Assembly (NCBI GenBank): GCA_963693365.1
Contig: CAVNZM010000006.1
Location: forward strand, 1,054,001-1,118,000
Direction: 5' to 3'
Length of the DNA: 64,000 nucleotides
From: Amoebidium appalachense
Taxonomy: Eukaryota; Protista; Ichthyosporea
The stretch's first letter is position 1; every line of letters begins with the position of its first letter. Below the pieces are notes generated by a model, which worked only from the letters and a program-made list of their open reading frames with translations, ran no database searches and was not told the origin of the DNA. Positions 1 through 37,740 of the stretch are shown in pieces. A program made the position numbers and the translations under genes.

Positions 1-821
1 TCCCCCCCCCCCCCCCCTCCCCCCCCCCCCCTCCCCCCCTCGCCCTCTTTAAAACTCCGGGCCTTCCCTATCTCCCTTCCCCTATCCTCCCCTCCTCCCC
101 CTCTCCCTCCCCCTTCCCCTCCCTCCCCCCTGCTCTGCCCCCGGCCGGGCCGCCGGGCCGCCGGGCCGCCAGCCTCTCAGCTCGCCCGGACTCCGGGACA
201 ATGTGACCCTGAGGGGCCCATTGTGTCCTCATTCGTTCTGAAGTATTTCTCCCGTGCAAGGCAATTGTACCTGGCTATTTCCGCCATGGCGATGGCGTGC
301 TAACAGGCATTTTGACATTGACGGCTGAGAAAGATGAATGTGAGCTTCCGAGCCAGGCCAAATTGTCGTTTGCCCGGCACAATGCAGTATATATATATTC
401 AAAGCTCTATATAGCCTCTAGACTTACGAAAACGTGTGAGCTAATACGTAAACCGTTTAGGCAGGCCGGCGAGCTATGTAGGCCCTAAGGGTCCATAACG
501 GTTACGCCTGATGGTGATATCACTTTGACGAAGATAGAAACTATTGGATTTAGTTCCAGCTATTGGGCTTTACCGTTGGTGGTCACCTGCTTATCTCTTT
601 TTGATTCGTAAAATATCATGTATATAAGCTTGCTCACTCAGGTCACCTCACTCTCGGAGTGACCACATGTACATGTTTCGTGAATTCGGCACATGCACAC
701 ACTCACTCCCTCAAACAGACAGTTTAGACTGTAGAGCAAGATCTTGCCAATATTCTTGTTGTGTAGCTCTATGGCAGGAAGGGTATATTGAGAGTAGAGA
801 AGCCGCAGGGCACACACAAGC

Positions 822-25994
<25,173 letters not shown>

Positions 25995-26068
25995 CCAACG
26001 TCCCGGCTGTCTCAAAATTAATGTACTTCATAATTGTGTAATATTTCAGTTTGTGTGCGCCCCGCGCA

Positions 26069-26100
<32 letters not shown>

Positions 26101-27640
26101 GAACATTCATGTCATGCAAACACCCCATATGTAAACACCCCATTGAGTGACAGATACTATGTAAACAGGAACGAAAATCTTTTTGCCTGAACGAGGAGGA
26201 GGGCCACCGTGACGACATACACTTGAAAACACCCTTCTGTGTATTGAAATACTCTAGAATTTAGAATCATTTGACTACCGACTGTACGAGAAGCAATAGT
26301 GAAAGGAATTGTTGTCCAACAGGCGGCCAAGGACTGTGTGTTTTCTTTCTTTGTTTGGTTTCCTTGCTTTTTTCCTACGGCAGTGGCGCGGCTCCTTCCC
26401 CAGGGGGGTGGGGGGGTGGGGGGGGTCTTGATGACTTACCACCTGTCGCCCATATTCCAGTTGAGTGGGGGTTCCACTCTATAGAAAGCTGCTCGTATGT
26501 AACCTTTTTGTTGTTTTTTTTTGTTGTGTTTGATTATTTTTATTTTTTTTCCTCAGCGCCACAGGTGGGTTTGGTTGGGTTTTGGGGTGGGGGGGGGGGG
26601 GGGGGGGAGGGGGGGGGGGGGGGGAGTCCATGTATCAAGTGTATATGATGGTAGAGCAGAGGCTGGCCCTGCTGTGTTCTTGAGGTGTGCTAATATTAGG
26701 CTGAACTGCAACGAGTCACGATAAAACTGCACCAGATCTGAGTGGGAAGCACCCAATTGAGCAAAGCCTGGTGATTTGTGCTTCAAGTGAACGGTTTGAA
26801 ATTGGAACATAGAAAATTGGATAACACAAATCCCGGTGACCAGTGGTCGCAACCGTTCGTATTGCTGCAAGGTATACGCGTCACTCCGGCTGCTTATTCG
26901 AGTTTATAGGATATTTGGTGCAGTTGCTTTGCCCGGACACCGTCAATTTGCCAAGGCATGCACACGGCACAGTCATATTAAAAACAAGTATATACGTCCA
27001 GTGGGATTGGAACACCCATTCGCCAAGCTTGCAACATCACATCACACACCAGGTTCAGCCGCATAGTAGCACAACATAACCTCGGGTTTAGTATTAACAG
27101 GGCAATTCTCATCTCCACACATCAGAATGTGGTCTCCTCCCAACTCGTGATCCAAATATCCTTTTCCCACACGTACGGCGCCAGCTAAAACGGCTGCATG
27201 CATGTGGATTCTGGGCCATGGCCAAGCCCGCCAATGAAGTTGATAACAGTAAGCACAGGATCATCATCCATAATTATAAGTCCTTACCGGGCCATATATT
27301 CGGTGCTTTTGGGACTACTTTCTTCTTCAACGGATACCAGCTGAGTTAGTTCACAGCAGCGGTGTGTGGGCTTTGTGCTTTCGTCAAACGAAGCAACAAG
27401 TGCACAGGAAATAGTCGAAAGAAAGTTTTTATTGTATCATCTTTTTAACACTCCAATAAAGTTTCATATTGCCTGGTCCAGCCGGCATAAAACATTCGTA
27501 ACAACTTTTTGCGCAAACCAGTGCGTCTTGCAAACAAAATGCTTCTATGTACACTACACATTCGTTGTGGGCACCTGGCCCTCTGATCTTTCATGCCGTT
27601 GTGTGCGTCTCTTTACGTAACAAGTATAAGAAAAGAAGTA

Positions 27641-28603
27641 TTATACACAGCAATACAGTGGGGCCTGGTTTTGGTGAGACACTTCGGTGTGCTCGAGCTC
27701 ATAGCAACCCACACTGCCGATGCTGCTGGCACGCACACGGGAGGACTGCTTCACACGCTCAATAGCAGACACAGGTGCGCGGACCGTCTGTTGAACAGAG
27801 TATCCGGACGAAAGGCGGATAAACTCGCGCACCTGCCCGGCGGACCAGCGCTTCTTGGGGTCAGCCTCGAGCATGCAGCGCAGCAGCTTCTGCATACGGG
27901 GAGAGAGAGCCAGCCAGTAGGCCTTGTTCTTGGGCCCAAACTTGCCCTGCAGCCAGGCGCTGTACTCGGGGTCACGGCTGTTGGCGCTGATCCAGGGGAA
28001 CCGCCCGGTGGCAATAGCAAACAGGCACACACCGGCGCTGAACACATCCATCTTGGTGGGGTCCTGTGGCGCGCCCCGAACGCCCTCGGGAGCCAGGTAC
28101 TGTGCTGTGCCGATACGAGAGTTGCTGGGGCCGACCTCACTCACGTGGGAAGCGTGGCCAAAGTCGAGCACACGCACGGTGCCGTCGTTCATAAGCGCAA
28201 GGTTCTCGGGCTTGATGTCGCGGTGCACATAGCCACACGAGTGCATGAACTCGAGCGCAGACATAACCTGGGCCATGTATGCAAGAGCCTTCTCATCGCC
28301 CAGACCGACATCGGGCACGATGGCCTCCAGCAAGTCCGTCTCTGCAAGCTCGACAACCATAGCGTACGTGTCACGGTATGAGCCGGCGTCCAAAAGGGTG
28401 GCAACGTTGGGGTGGTGGCTGAAGAGCATGTGAATGCTGGCCTCACGCTGTGCGCGCTCGGGGTGGAACTTGGACGGGTTGATGCGCTTTAGGGCAACGG
28501 GTGCATTGTTACGAAGGCGGTCCCTAGCAAGGCACACAGACGCGAAGGCGCCCTTGTTGATATGTGTAACGGGGGTGTATCTCTCCTCAATACTGAGCGA
28601 CAT
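27641..28603 (-). CDS. Intronless Ser/Thr protein kinase (320 aa), resembling Ran1/Pat1/SBK-type kinases
   Basis: Single ORF with KGAFASV, VALKRI, AQRE, HRDIKPEN, DFGHA, GTAQYLAPE, DVFSAGV and FPW...DPEY motifs. The subfamily call is tentative. Confidence 0.92.
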   Translation of the reverse strand: MSLSIEERYTPVTHINKGAFASVCLARDRLRNNAPVALKRINPSKFHPERAQREASIHMLFSHHPNVATLLDAGSYRDTYAMVVELAETDLLEAIVPDVGLGDEKALAYMAQVMSALEFMHSCGYVHRDIKPENLALMNDGTVRVLDFGHASHVSEVGPSNSRIGTAQYLAPEGVRGAPQDPTKMDVFSAGVCLFAIATGRFPWISANSRDPEYSAWLQGKFGPKNKAYWLALSPRMQKLLRCMLEADPKKRWSAGQVREFIRLSSGYSVQQTVRAPVSAIERVKQSSRVRASSIGSVGCYELEHTEVSHQNQAPLYCCV

Positions 28604-28756
28604 TTTACGCTACTGCTAACCCAGCTAGGGTGTAACGTAATAAGTGTACAGATTGAAGTCTAATATGTACCAGGCTGAGCGAAAAAAAAACGAACCACGA
28701 CGTGCCTTTTTCGTTCCTTTGTGTGTAAACTGGCGGTCATCTGCTGTGGTAGAAAG

Positions 28757-28862
28757 CTTTTATATATCTGAGGGTGGTGCAGAATAGCCATTTGATTGGT
28801 TGGTAGCACCGTGGGTGTCCCCCAGACCAATAGGTGAGCAGGAACAAATGCAATTTGATTGG
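28757..28862 (-). promoter_or_regulatory. Putative TATA box and CCAAT boxes upstream of the kinase
   Basis: Minus-strand TATATAAAAG at 28757-28766. CCAATC on the minus strand at about 28794-28799 and 28857-28862. Confidence 0.4.
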
Positions 28863-30795
28863 CCTCGGTGATTCCACTTTTGCGCCACTGCCAGACTGGT
28901 TCCTTCGAATTCTGTCCAAGCACACAAAACTGATAGGGGGGAACACTGCAAGTGAGCAGGCGCACCTCCGCGCTAACACAAAGTACAAAAAGATTTTCTT
29001 TTTATATTTTGAGGATAGAATTTGTTGCAGTTCATCTAATTAAAAACTTGCTGAAGGACGTTAAATTGTCAGCCGATTGGGCTATCAGTGGTTTGCTCAC
29101 CACAGGGCATGCGCCGAAGCCGGCTTGACGGTATGATGCGAAATGTGGCCATGGGAATGCGAGCCGGGGGGGTCCGGCCGCCATGGGCCACAGTCACATG
29201 TATAAATCTGTACAGTACTTACATGAATACACCTTTACAGAATGAGAAGATTCTTTATACTATTAGTGTAACTGGGAACATTTTCACAGGATTACTGTAC
29301 AGGAAACTTATATTATGTGATAGTTCACACGTCGGCCCGATGATGCCGAGTGGATATGACTGATCGCCGACACGCGGAAGGCTGTCGTATGATCAGGCAA
29401 CAGATACGGTGACTCCCTTGAGCTCTCCCCCAGTCGTAGCGGAAAGAGTGAGCTTGCTCTAATTCGTAGCATTTCTATGATGGCCACGATCACAACAAAA
29501 AATGTCACACGCTCATCGACCATTCTTAGGGTTAGCAAAACATGAAAATTTTCGAAGAAAACTCATTCAGGTGACGAAAGAGTATCGATATGTCACTCCA
29601 GCTGCCGTTACTACTATATTAGACGGATCATCCCCCACAAGTCTGGCAGCCCAGTGATGCATGAGCATACACGTTTTCGGCAGCTGAGATAAGCTGGTGA
29701 CAGATGGCCATGGCGGCATGCGCCGCCACGACGTAATATCATATGCCCAGTAAGCCGTGGGCGTGCCGGACGAGGGGCATTTATGTATACGTACATATGG
29801 TATGGCATATCCGATATGTTGTAGATGATCCTGCAGCCACACCCGTTTTCGTTTCCTGCAAGGTGTAATTTTGGCCAGTGGATGGTAAACAAGATTTAGG
29901 GTCAAAAGTAGCAGATAGAGTGATATAGGAATCCGGGCCACAGGCACACCTGAGACCTCCGAGGCTCCACGTGACGGGGTGCTGCGGCCCTGAGCACATT
30001 TGAGTACACAAGACACGAGTTTTCCGATTGGTCAACATCTGGGTGAGGGATTACCCAATAGGCGATCACTAAGAAGCCGCAGTGATCACCCTATACCCAC
30101 GCACGAGAGAAAGGGAGCTCGAGGGTGCTGATCTAATGATGAGAGAGGAGGAGGGAGAGAGAGAGAGAGAGAGAGCAGATGCAATTTGATTATGTCATAG
30201 GAACAATCAATACTAAAAGTACTGTAGCATAAATGATAATTTCACTTTCTTTTTTATCTTGTTGGGCCCCGGTACACCTGATCAGACCGTACAGAAATAT
30301 AGTACAATAGTACATACACTCCCAATTGACGATTGATCAGCACAGCCTGCGCCTGTGCAGGCTGCCAGGCACCAGGGCCCCGGCCCAGGTGCGCTGGGCG
30401 CAGCCGGTTGGACCGTTGCGAAGTTGTTATTTTTTTTTTGCGAAGTTCGGCAACATGCTGCATGTTGCCGATGTTACATGCATGATGCGCTGTCTCTGTT
30501 TCGCGACATTCCCAATGATCGATCTCTTCATGTATATTCCTACTTTTTTGTGTGTTTTATTTATTCATGCACAATCAATTTAAACCATTAAACACTTGTA
30601 TGTACATGTGTACAGCCATTACCGTTTGTTACTGGCAGGTCAGTGCACGCCGTAGTACATGTACAATTTACGGATATCGATGTCTTGGAATTTTTATATG
30701 ACTTTCTTTCTTGAGCATTAAATATTGCCATTAACGTCAGCTTTATTAGAGTTCTATTCTGTTTTATCTCCGCTTGAATTTTTATGTTATATATA

Positions 30796-30830
<35 letters not shown>

Positions 30831-31718
30831 GGTGTGTCCTCTGGTGCGGCTTTCCAATTTGTTCATATATTAATGATATTTTAGTTTCCGACCATTCATA
30901 TTTCAAAAGCCCCAGCGGTCTAGCAAGAAGATTGGAAGTAGTGCAATGGAGCACTATGATTGGTCGTTGGGTTCGAATCGCCGATAGCCACTCAAGGCCT
31001 CACCAATAGGAAATCCGACTTTGGTGAGCTGCGGTTCCGCAAGTTGTGAGTTTGTGACGTTCACATGTGAGAAAAGTTTGACGGTGTGACGTGTGTGTGT
31101 CGTTTGCACGTGGCCAGGGTGATGATATTGTGATCACTGCAGGCTGATCATGAGCCCAAGCCCACTCACAGACTTGCAGGACATATCGTCGTTTGTGTAG
31201 GTGTACATGTACATTGGGTAGCCATATACCGTTCAATGCTGTGAGGTCGAGGCCAAACGTTTCTGCAGGCAGTGGCTCCGATTTCGAGCTCACACTGGCC
31301 CAGGTTGGGCACATGTATATGTGGTCACTTTTGAACTTGTTTGTGTACATACATACAGTGGTACCGGTCGAGGTTCGCTCGTGATCACAGACACGTGCTG
31401 GCTGGATTTGATTCATTTGAATCGGAGCCTCCGAAGGGTGCACATCGGCGAGTAGGATTCATTCGAGAGCTTCTCCTCTCCACACACGTGCCGCATTCAA
31501 GTTGATCCTGGGCCACTGACGATGGGACGTCTCGGCGTTACTAAAGTCAGAGCAGAGTGACGCGACGAGTCCTCGGGCGGCCTTCGATCAAGACACTTCT
31601 GTGCACATGCATTTGCAACACACACACGCACACACACACACACACGCACACGCACACACACACACGCACGCACACGCACACGCACGCACGTACATACACA
31701 CACACTGTGACACACACA

Positions 31719-31834
<116 letters not shown>

Positions 31835-32118
31835 ATGCATATAACACACACATGTTCACGTTCAACCACGCACAACGTCATACCCCGCACGCACACCCAG
31901 AGACACCCACACCCACGTACACACGCACACATATCCGCCTACACACATGTACACACCACATGACCACCGTCACAGTGCTGCACCGTAATATTCTTGTCGT
32001 TCCGCTGTGCGTGTCCTTTTAGTAGAGCTCCCAGGGGCTCGCACACCAACCAAGAAGGGGCCATGGTGTGAGTAGCTATATAGAGTGTCAAATTGGAACT
32101 GGTCAACACACACACGCA

Positions 32119-32153
<35 letters not shown>

Positions 32154-32479
32154 AGTCATGCAAGAGCCATAATATCAATATCATTAGATTTTTGATATCG
32201 ATAGATCATTAATATATTTCCTTGTGTGTTTGGGGTAATGCAAATGGTTCATGTAATTCAAAATCTAATAGGCTTCGCTGTACGGTTGGTATCTATCTGG
32301 GAAAAAAAAATAAAAGGTGGAGAGAAGAGGAAAAAATGAAAGAGAGAAAGAAGAGAAGGTGGAGTATATCATCACTAACCAAAGACTTCGCTTTACCGCG
32401 TAAGGTAGTAGACGTGTATTTGCAGTACTAGAGTAATTCTAATGTGGTTTACTAATAGAATCGGTCCTGCTTGGGCATT

Positions 32480-33332
32480 TTTGAATTTGAAATGTGGGGG
32501 TGGGCAGTAGTAAGTATTGAGGTCCCCCCCCCCCCCCCTGGTGGTGGGTTCCCCCCCCCCCCCCTCCCCCCCCCCCCTGGGGGGGGGAGGGGGAGACCAC
32601 CTGCTCGAGGAGGTGGTGGGTCCTCCCCCCCCCCCCCCCCCCCTTAAGCTGACCACCGGGGTGGTGGGTCCCCCCTTCCCCCCCTCCCCCCCCCCCCCCC
32701 CCCCCCCCCTCTCATCCACCTCCATCACCAACATTAAGTTTGTATTAAGTGTTCTTCCCTTCGTTTTAGCCAGCGCTTCGAATTTTGACTACTTGTAGGG
32801 CAAATCTATCATGCACAACATATCACTGCAGTGAGTGTGTGTCTGCGATTTTTGTGCCGTGTAGATGTGGGACCGTGTGTGTATGTGTCCGTACGGTGGG
32901 TGGGCATTCGGCACCGGCTAACTACTGTGATAGCCTGACAGTGTGTGAATAAACGTCGTGCCACGTGTGCAAGCTGTGTGGACACAATGTGCTTAGCATG
33001 TGCGAAATTACATGGCATTTCACGTGTGTGCCGAACCAAGAGGGTGTGTGCACACGTGTGGGTGTCACTGTGCATGTGTGTCTGAGACTTACTTCGTGTT
33101 TGTCTGTGTGTGTGTTTGCGTGCATGTGTGTGCCTGTCTTGTGTGTGTGTGTGTGTGAGTGATTGAGAGTCTTCTCAAATTCTCTGAAACAAATTTGCAC
33201 GCGCGCATCATCTTCCGTGGCATGTGTGTACATGTTTGAATTGCCATTATATATCTGTGTATGTGTTTCTGTTGTTGATGATGAGCATGCATGATGGCGC
33301 ATCATGCATGGATGAAGTTGCGCCAGACAAAT

Positions 33333-33369
<37 letters not shown>

Positions 33370-34221
33370 GGGGGGGGGGGGGGGTAGATAGGGAGTGATA
33401 AAGAGGGCACGATGGTGGCGGTGGTTCATGGTGGTGGTGGTGGGGGGATGGGGGGCGGGGATAAGGGTTGAAGCAGTTAGAGAGGAAAAAAGGGATTCCG
33501 GATTTGTGCCATGTGTGTGCTTGCGCATCATTATGTGCCACCACAGCGATAAGCATATTGCCCTACGGTAGTCTGTGAGCGTATTGGAGAGCGTGTGCGT
33601 GTGTGTGTGTCTGGGTGTGCAAGGGTGCCTGTACACCAGTACGGTCGAGAAATTAGTGGTTATGGGCAACCAGTCAAAGCGGTCTCGGTATGAGCTTGAG
33701 ATCCTAAGGGGCGTAGAGAGGGGGAGCCCCCCACGGGCAAGCGGTCGTTCCCGGGGAGGAAGGGGAGGGGGGGGGGGGGGGGGGGGGAAATGCCCAGCTA
33801 GTAAGCCGGTCATTGACCCAGGGCCTGATATTTGATGTATACCAATAGTGGATGTAGAGAAGGTGTCGATGCCATCATGTTGGGTGAAGTTGGTATCCAA
33901 TATACACACTAATATATGTTAATCATTTTTGGGTAGCCCCCTTTAACCCCCCTCCCCCCTCTCCCCGGTGGGTCCCCCCCCCCCCCCCTTCCCCCAACCC
34001 CCTGGAGGGGAGGGGGGATGGGAAATCCACCGACTCGGGCAGACAATGGGTCCTCCCCCCCTCCCCCATCCAGCGGAGGGGTGGTGGGTCCCCCCCCCCC
34101 CCACCCCTCCCTTCCGGGGTTGGGGGACCTAACCCCGGCCTTCGGGGGGAAGGTGGGTCCCTCCCCCCCCTCCCCCCCCCCCCAAACTTACTACTACCCC
34201 CCACCGCGTTTCGAAATCAAA
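32480..34221. mobile_element. Putative non-autonomous DNA element bounded by 36-bp imperfect terminal inverted repeats
   Basis: 32480-32515 matches the reverse complement of 34186-34221 at 29/36 positions. Both ends carry subterminal GGTGGTGGGTCC / GACCACC motifs between C/G runs. No TSD recognised. Confidence 0.5.
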
Positions 34222-34999
34222 GAAGCCTTGGGGCTACAGGCCGAGCCAAGTGGAGCACGGTAGCCACCATGAGGTAAAACGGGATACTCAAGAGAGGGAG
34301 AAACAATAATTGAATACATACTGTCTATCATAGAAAAAGGGGGGTCTCTGGTCATGAGGCTGGTACCCACCAAAGAGACGGCGGCATGATTTTCACTATA
34401 TGAGAGAGTCTAGGTTTTTAAATGGGCACCCGGGCCGGGGGGGGGGGGGGGGGGAGGGGGGGGGTCCCGGAAGAGGGGGGGGGGGGGAAGGCAAAAAGCA
34501 ACTTGTTGCCAAGAGGGGATTCAAAGTTGCCAACCCCTTTGGACGGGTGGGTCCGGGGGGGGGTGGGGTGGGGGGGGGGAATAACCACCACCGCCGGGCC
34601 AGCTTCCATGGGTATCGGATATATGAAGGAGAGCCATGATTACTCTGGATAGTATATAGGAGGCCTTGGTATTACTTCAATAATGATTTCACATACAATC
34701 CCAAAACGTAAGCATTAATAAGCTTATATGTAGGAATTCTTTACCACCTGAAACTCTGGCTACACATTAATACTATACGGGCATCCCCCCTCCCCGTCCC
34801 CCCCCCCCCCCCTCCCTCTCCCCCCCCAGCCCTGCGGCGGGTTCCCTCATTCCCCGAGGAGTCTCCAGTCTCTCCACACACCCTAACTGGGGTGCAATGC
34901 ACATGTACACCTGCACGCGCATGTGTACCCACCGGCGTGGCTGGGGTGAATACTCTGGGCAAAGTGTGTGCAAATAGTTAGAATCATAGGGTGTGTTAG

Positions 35000-35090
35000 C
35001 TTAGCTAATAACACCGTAGCACCCAAGCTAGAGTACTGTCGGTGCTGGGTGGAAGACGGTAGCTCCGCAGGAGGCCCCCCCCCCAAAAAA
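35000..35090 (+). mobile_element. Second copy of short SINE-like element (family B)
   Basis: CGTAGCACCCAAGCTAGAGTACTGTCGGTGCTGGGTGGAAGACGGTAG, nearly identical to 35790-35837, then GGCCCC..AAAAAA. Confidence 0.6.
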
Positions 35091-35359
35091 TGCACATGCA
35101 TGTGTACATGCACAGGCAGAAACACTTGTATGATGATTGAAATGGCAGAGGCACATATGTGACACTCGCACACCGGCGCACACACACAAGCATGCACATA
35201 CACACACCGTGGTGACAGACTGGCACTGACACAAATAAGCAGGCACACACACAAGTCGTCGGTTGAACACTGAGTATACGCTCAAGGCACCTGCACATGC
35301 GGCAAGCACAAGCACACACACTTTTTTTCGACTTTTTTTCTCTCACACACTCCCTGTAT

Positions 35360-35391
<32 letters not shown>

Positions 35392-35773
35392 CGGCCCCTA
35401 CCAAGTCTCTTTCTCGCCCTTAGCCCCACCCCCTTGCCCCTCGACCTGTCTCTCTAGCGCATACAGGCACGTGCGCATGCACACCGTTGCCAACAAAGCA
35501 AACAACACACATGCCACAGAAGACACTCACACGGTGTACGTATGGGCCCAACCGACACGGGCGAAGAATAATTTAGATTATACAAACACAGTCCCGGTAG
35601 GCATGGACATGCACACACACATGCGCACATGACCGCAAACACGTGGTCACGTGGGCTCACATTCACTCACAGACTGCACACACAGTTCATCCCCTCCCCA
35701 AAGGCATTTGATTTACAAACACACACAGTTCCTACTGCTTGATTATTTTTTACCAGTGATCCTTTGTCATGAG

Positions 35774-35902
35774 GTTTAGCTACTAGCATCGTAGCACCCT
35801 AGCTAGAGTACTGTCGGTGCTGGGTGGAAGACGGTAGTTTCCCCTGAGGGCCCCTAGGGGTACCTCCGGGAACAAAACGGGAAAAAAAAGAAGAAAAAAA
35901 AG
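35774..35902 (+). mobile_element. 129-bp SINE-like retroposon (family B) with A-rich tail and 14-bp target-site duplication
   Basis: TCCTTTGTCATGAG at 35760-35773 and 35903-35916 flanks an insert ending GAAAAAAAAGAAGAAAAAAAAG. Confidence 0.8.
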
Positions 35903-35960
35903 TCCTTTGTCATGAGCAGACTAGGAAAAGGAAGGGGTGAGCCGGCCGAAGGGGGTGGGT

Positions 35961-35993
<33 letters not shown>

Positions 35994-36217
35994 GGACACA
36001 TACGTCGTTGGTTCTCCAGAAGCATTCGTAGCTCATCCAATAGATCGTTGATTATAATCTCAAAGATGCCCACCTGCTCACGCTGTAGACCAACGAACCG
36101 TTCGAGTTCATTATAAATTAAATAAAGCCAAGCCAGCGTGGTGAAGGCATTCTTCGAGCATGACTCCTCCTGCTCGGCACTGAGTCGCCTTCCAACAAAT
36201 GGGCAACAGTGAGGTGT

Positions 36218-36255
<38 letters not shown>

Positions 36256-36857
36256 AGGGGGGGGAAGGGGGGGGGGGGAGGGGAGGGGGAAGGGGGGGGG
36301 GGGAGGGGGGGCATACCCCGGGGGGGGGGGGGGGGGGATACGGGGGCGGGGGGAGGGGGGGGGGGGGGGGGGTTGGATACCCAGTGGGAGATGGGAGCAC
36401 TGGTGGGTTGTGGGGGCCAGTGGAATGCGGAGTATAGGGAGCCAATGGGTGTGGCCCGGGGGGCTTCGAGAATGCGGCGGCAACAAAGTTGATCAGGCGG
36501 ATCCATTCCTATTGGTTGAAGGTCAGAGTGGGGCATTGCCAGCCAGTTTCTCTCGCCTTAACCGACCCCCTTTTTTTGACCCCTTTTTTATTTTCTTCTC
36601 AATTTTTATAATCATTGACATATCAGGTCCTCTCTGGACGTGTAAATGTGTGCCATTTAAGCGCATCGGTTCTGTGGATACAGAGTTGCCCTTATTAGGC
36701 AGCAGGCTCCCGAATGCAAGAATAGAAACAAACAAACACGAAAACAGCCCAGAAAACAAACACGTGCCAACACTATGTGGTTCAGAGGAAGCTGGACGGT
36801 TGAGAGAGAACCAAGGTGCATTGAAATTTTGGGTGTGCGCAGTAACTGTGACAAAAA

Positions 36858-36886
36858 AGGATGCGCCATAAGCAGAGCGCATCCTC
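36858..36886 (-). mobile_element. Reverse-orientation fragment of family A
   Basis: The reverse complement reads GAGGATGCGCTCTGCTTATGGCGCATCC, versus GAGGATGGGCTCTGCTTATGACGCATAC in the 43.8-kb copy. Confidence 0.55.
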
Positions 36887-37379
36887 TAGGTGGGTGGGGG
36901 CCCAAATTTTCACAGTTTTCGGAGATGCCCCAGAGGGGGGGGGGGGGGGTGATCCGGGAACGCACACGCATGTCGTTTTCGTTTGCGGCCTGCAGCAGCA
37001 GAAAGCGGTAGTCGAAGGTGGTGACCTGCAACGTGTGGGTGTGGGCCTTGGTGGCCTCGTACTGCGCAAACGCATGCCACATGCACAGCATGCGGATACA
37101 TAAATGGGCCTCACATGACCACGAACAAAGGGTTGAGGTATGCTCACATTCACATGCATACTCATGGGCATTTCATTGCCTCACTGTGGGAATTACATAA
37201 CACGCATGACCCGCTGTAATATTGCTCTTTCACTAACACATTGTAATTTGAGAGGGAGTTGAGGAAAACGGGCCGGAGGTCGAGGGGTGCGCTGGTGAGT
37301 TGTGGGGACCAGTGGAATTCGGAGTGCGGTGTGCATGTTTTGTGTGTGTACATGTGTGCAGGCTGTACCGGTTTGTGTC

Positions 37380-37380
<1 letters not shown>

Positions 37381-37456
<76 letters not shown>

Positions 37457-37462
37457 CGTATG

Positions 37463-37519
<57 letters not shown>

Positions 37520-37525
37520 CATATG

Positions 37526-37585
<60 letters not shown>

Positions 37586-37592
37586 ACATATG

Positions 37593-37689
<97 letters not shown>

Positions 37690-37740
37690 GTGTGTACGCG
37701 TGTGTGTGCATGCGTGCATGTGTGTGCGAGAGTGCGTGTG
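37381..37740. repeat. Compound (TG)n microsatellite with three ACRTATGTACA spacers
   Basis: Read directly. Spacers at about 37456, 37519 and 37586. Confidence 0.85.

Noticed and set aside
29308-30038. Short minus-strand ORFs upstream of the kinase
   Set aside because: No recognisable motifs, overlapping frames and no consistent splice structure.
35003-35065. Twister-like ribozyme (TAACACC...CCCAAGC...GGTGGA)
   Set aside because: The resemblance is only superficial. The second copy lacks TAACAC and CCCAAG, and the T1/T2 pseudoknot partners are not in place.
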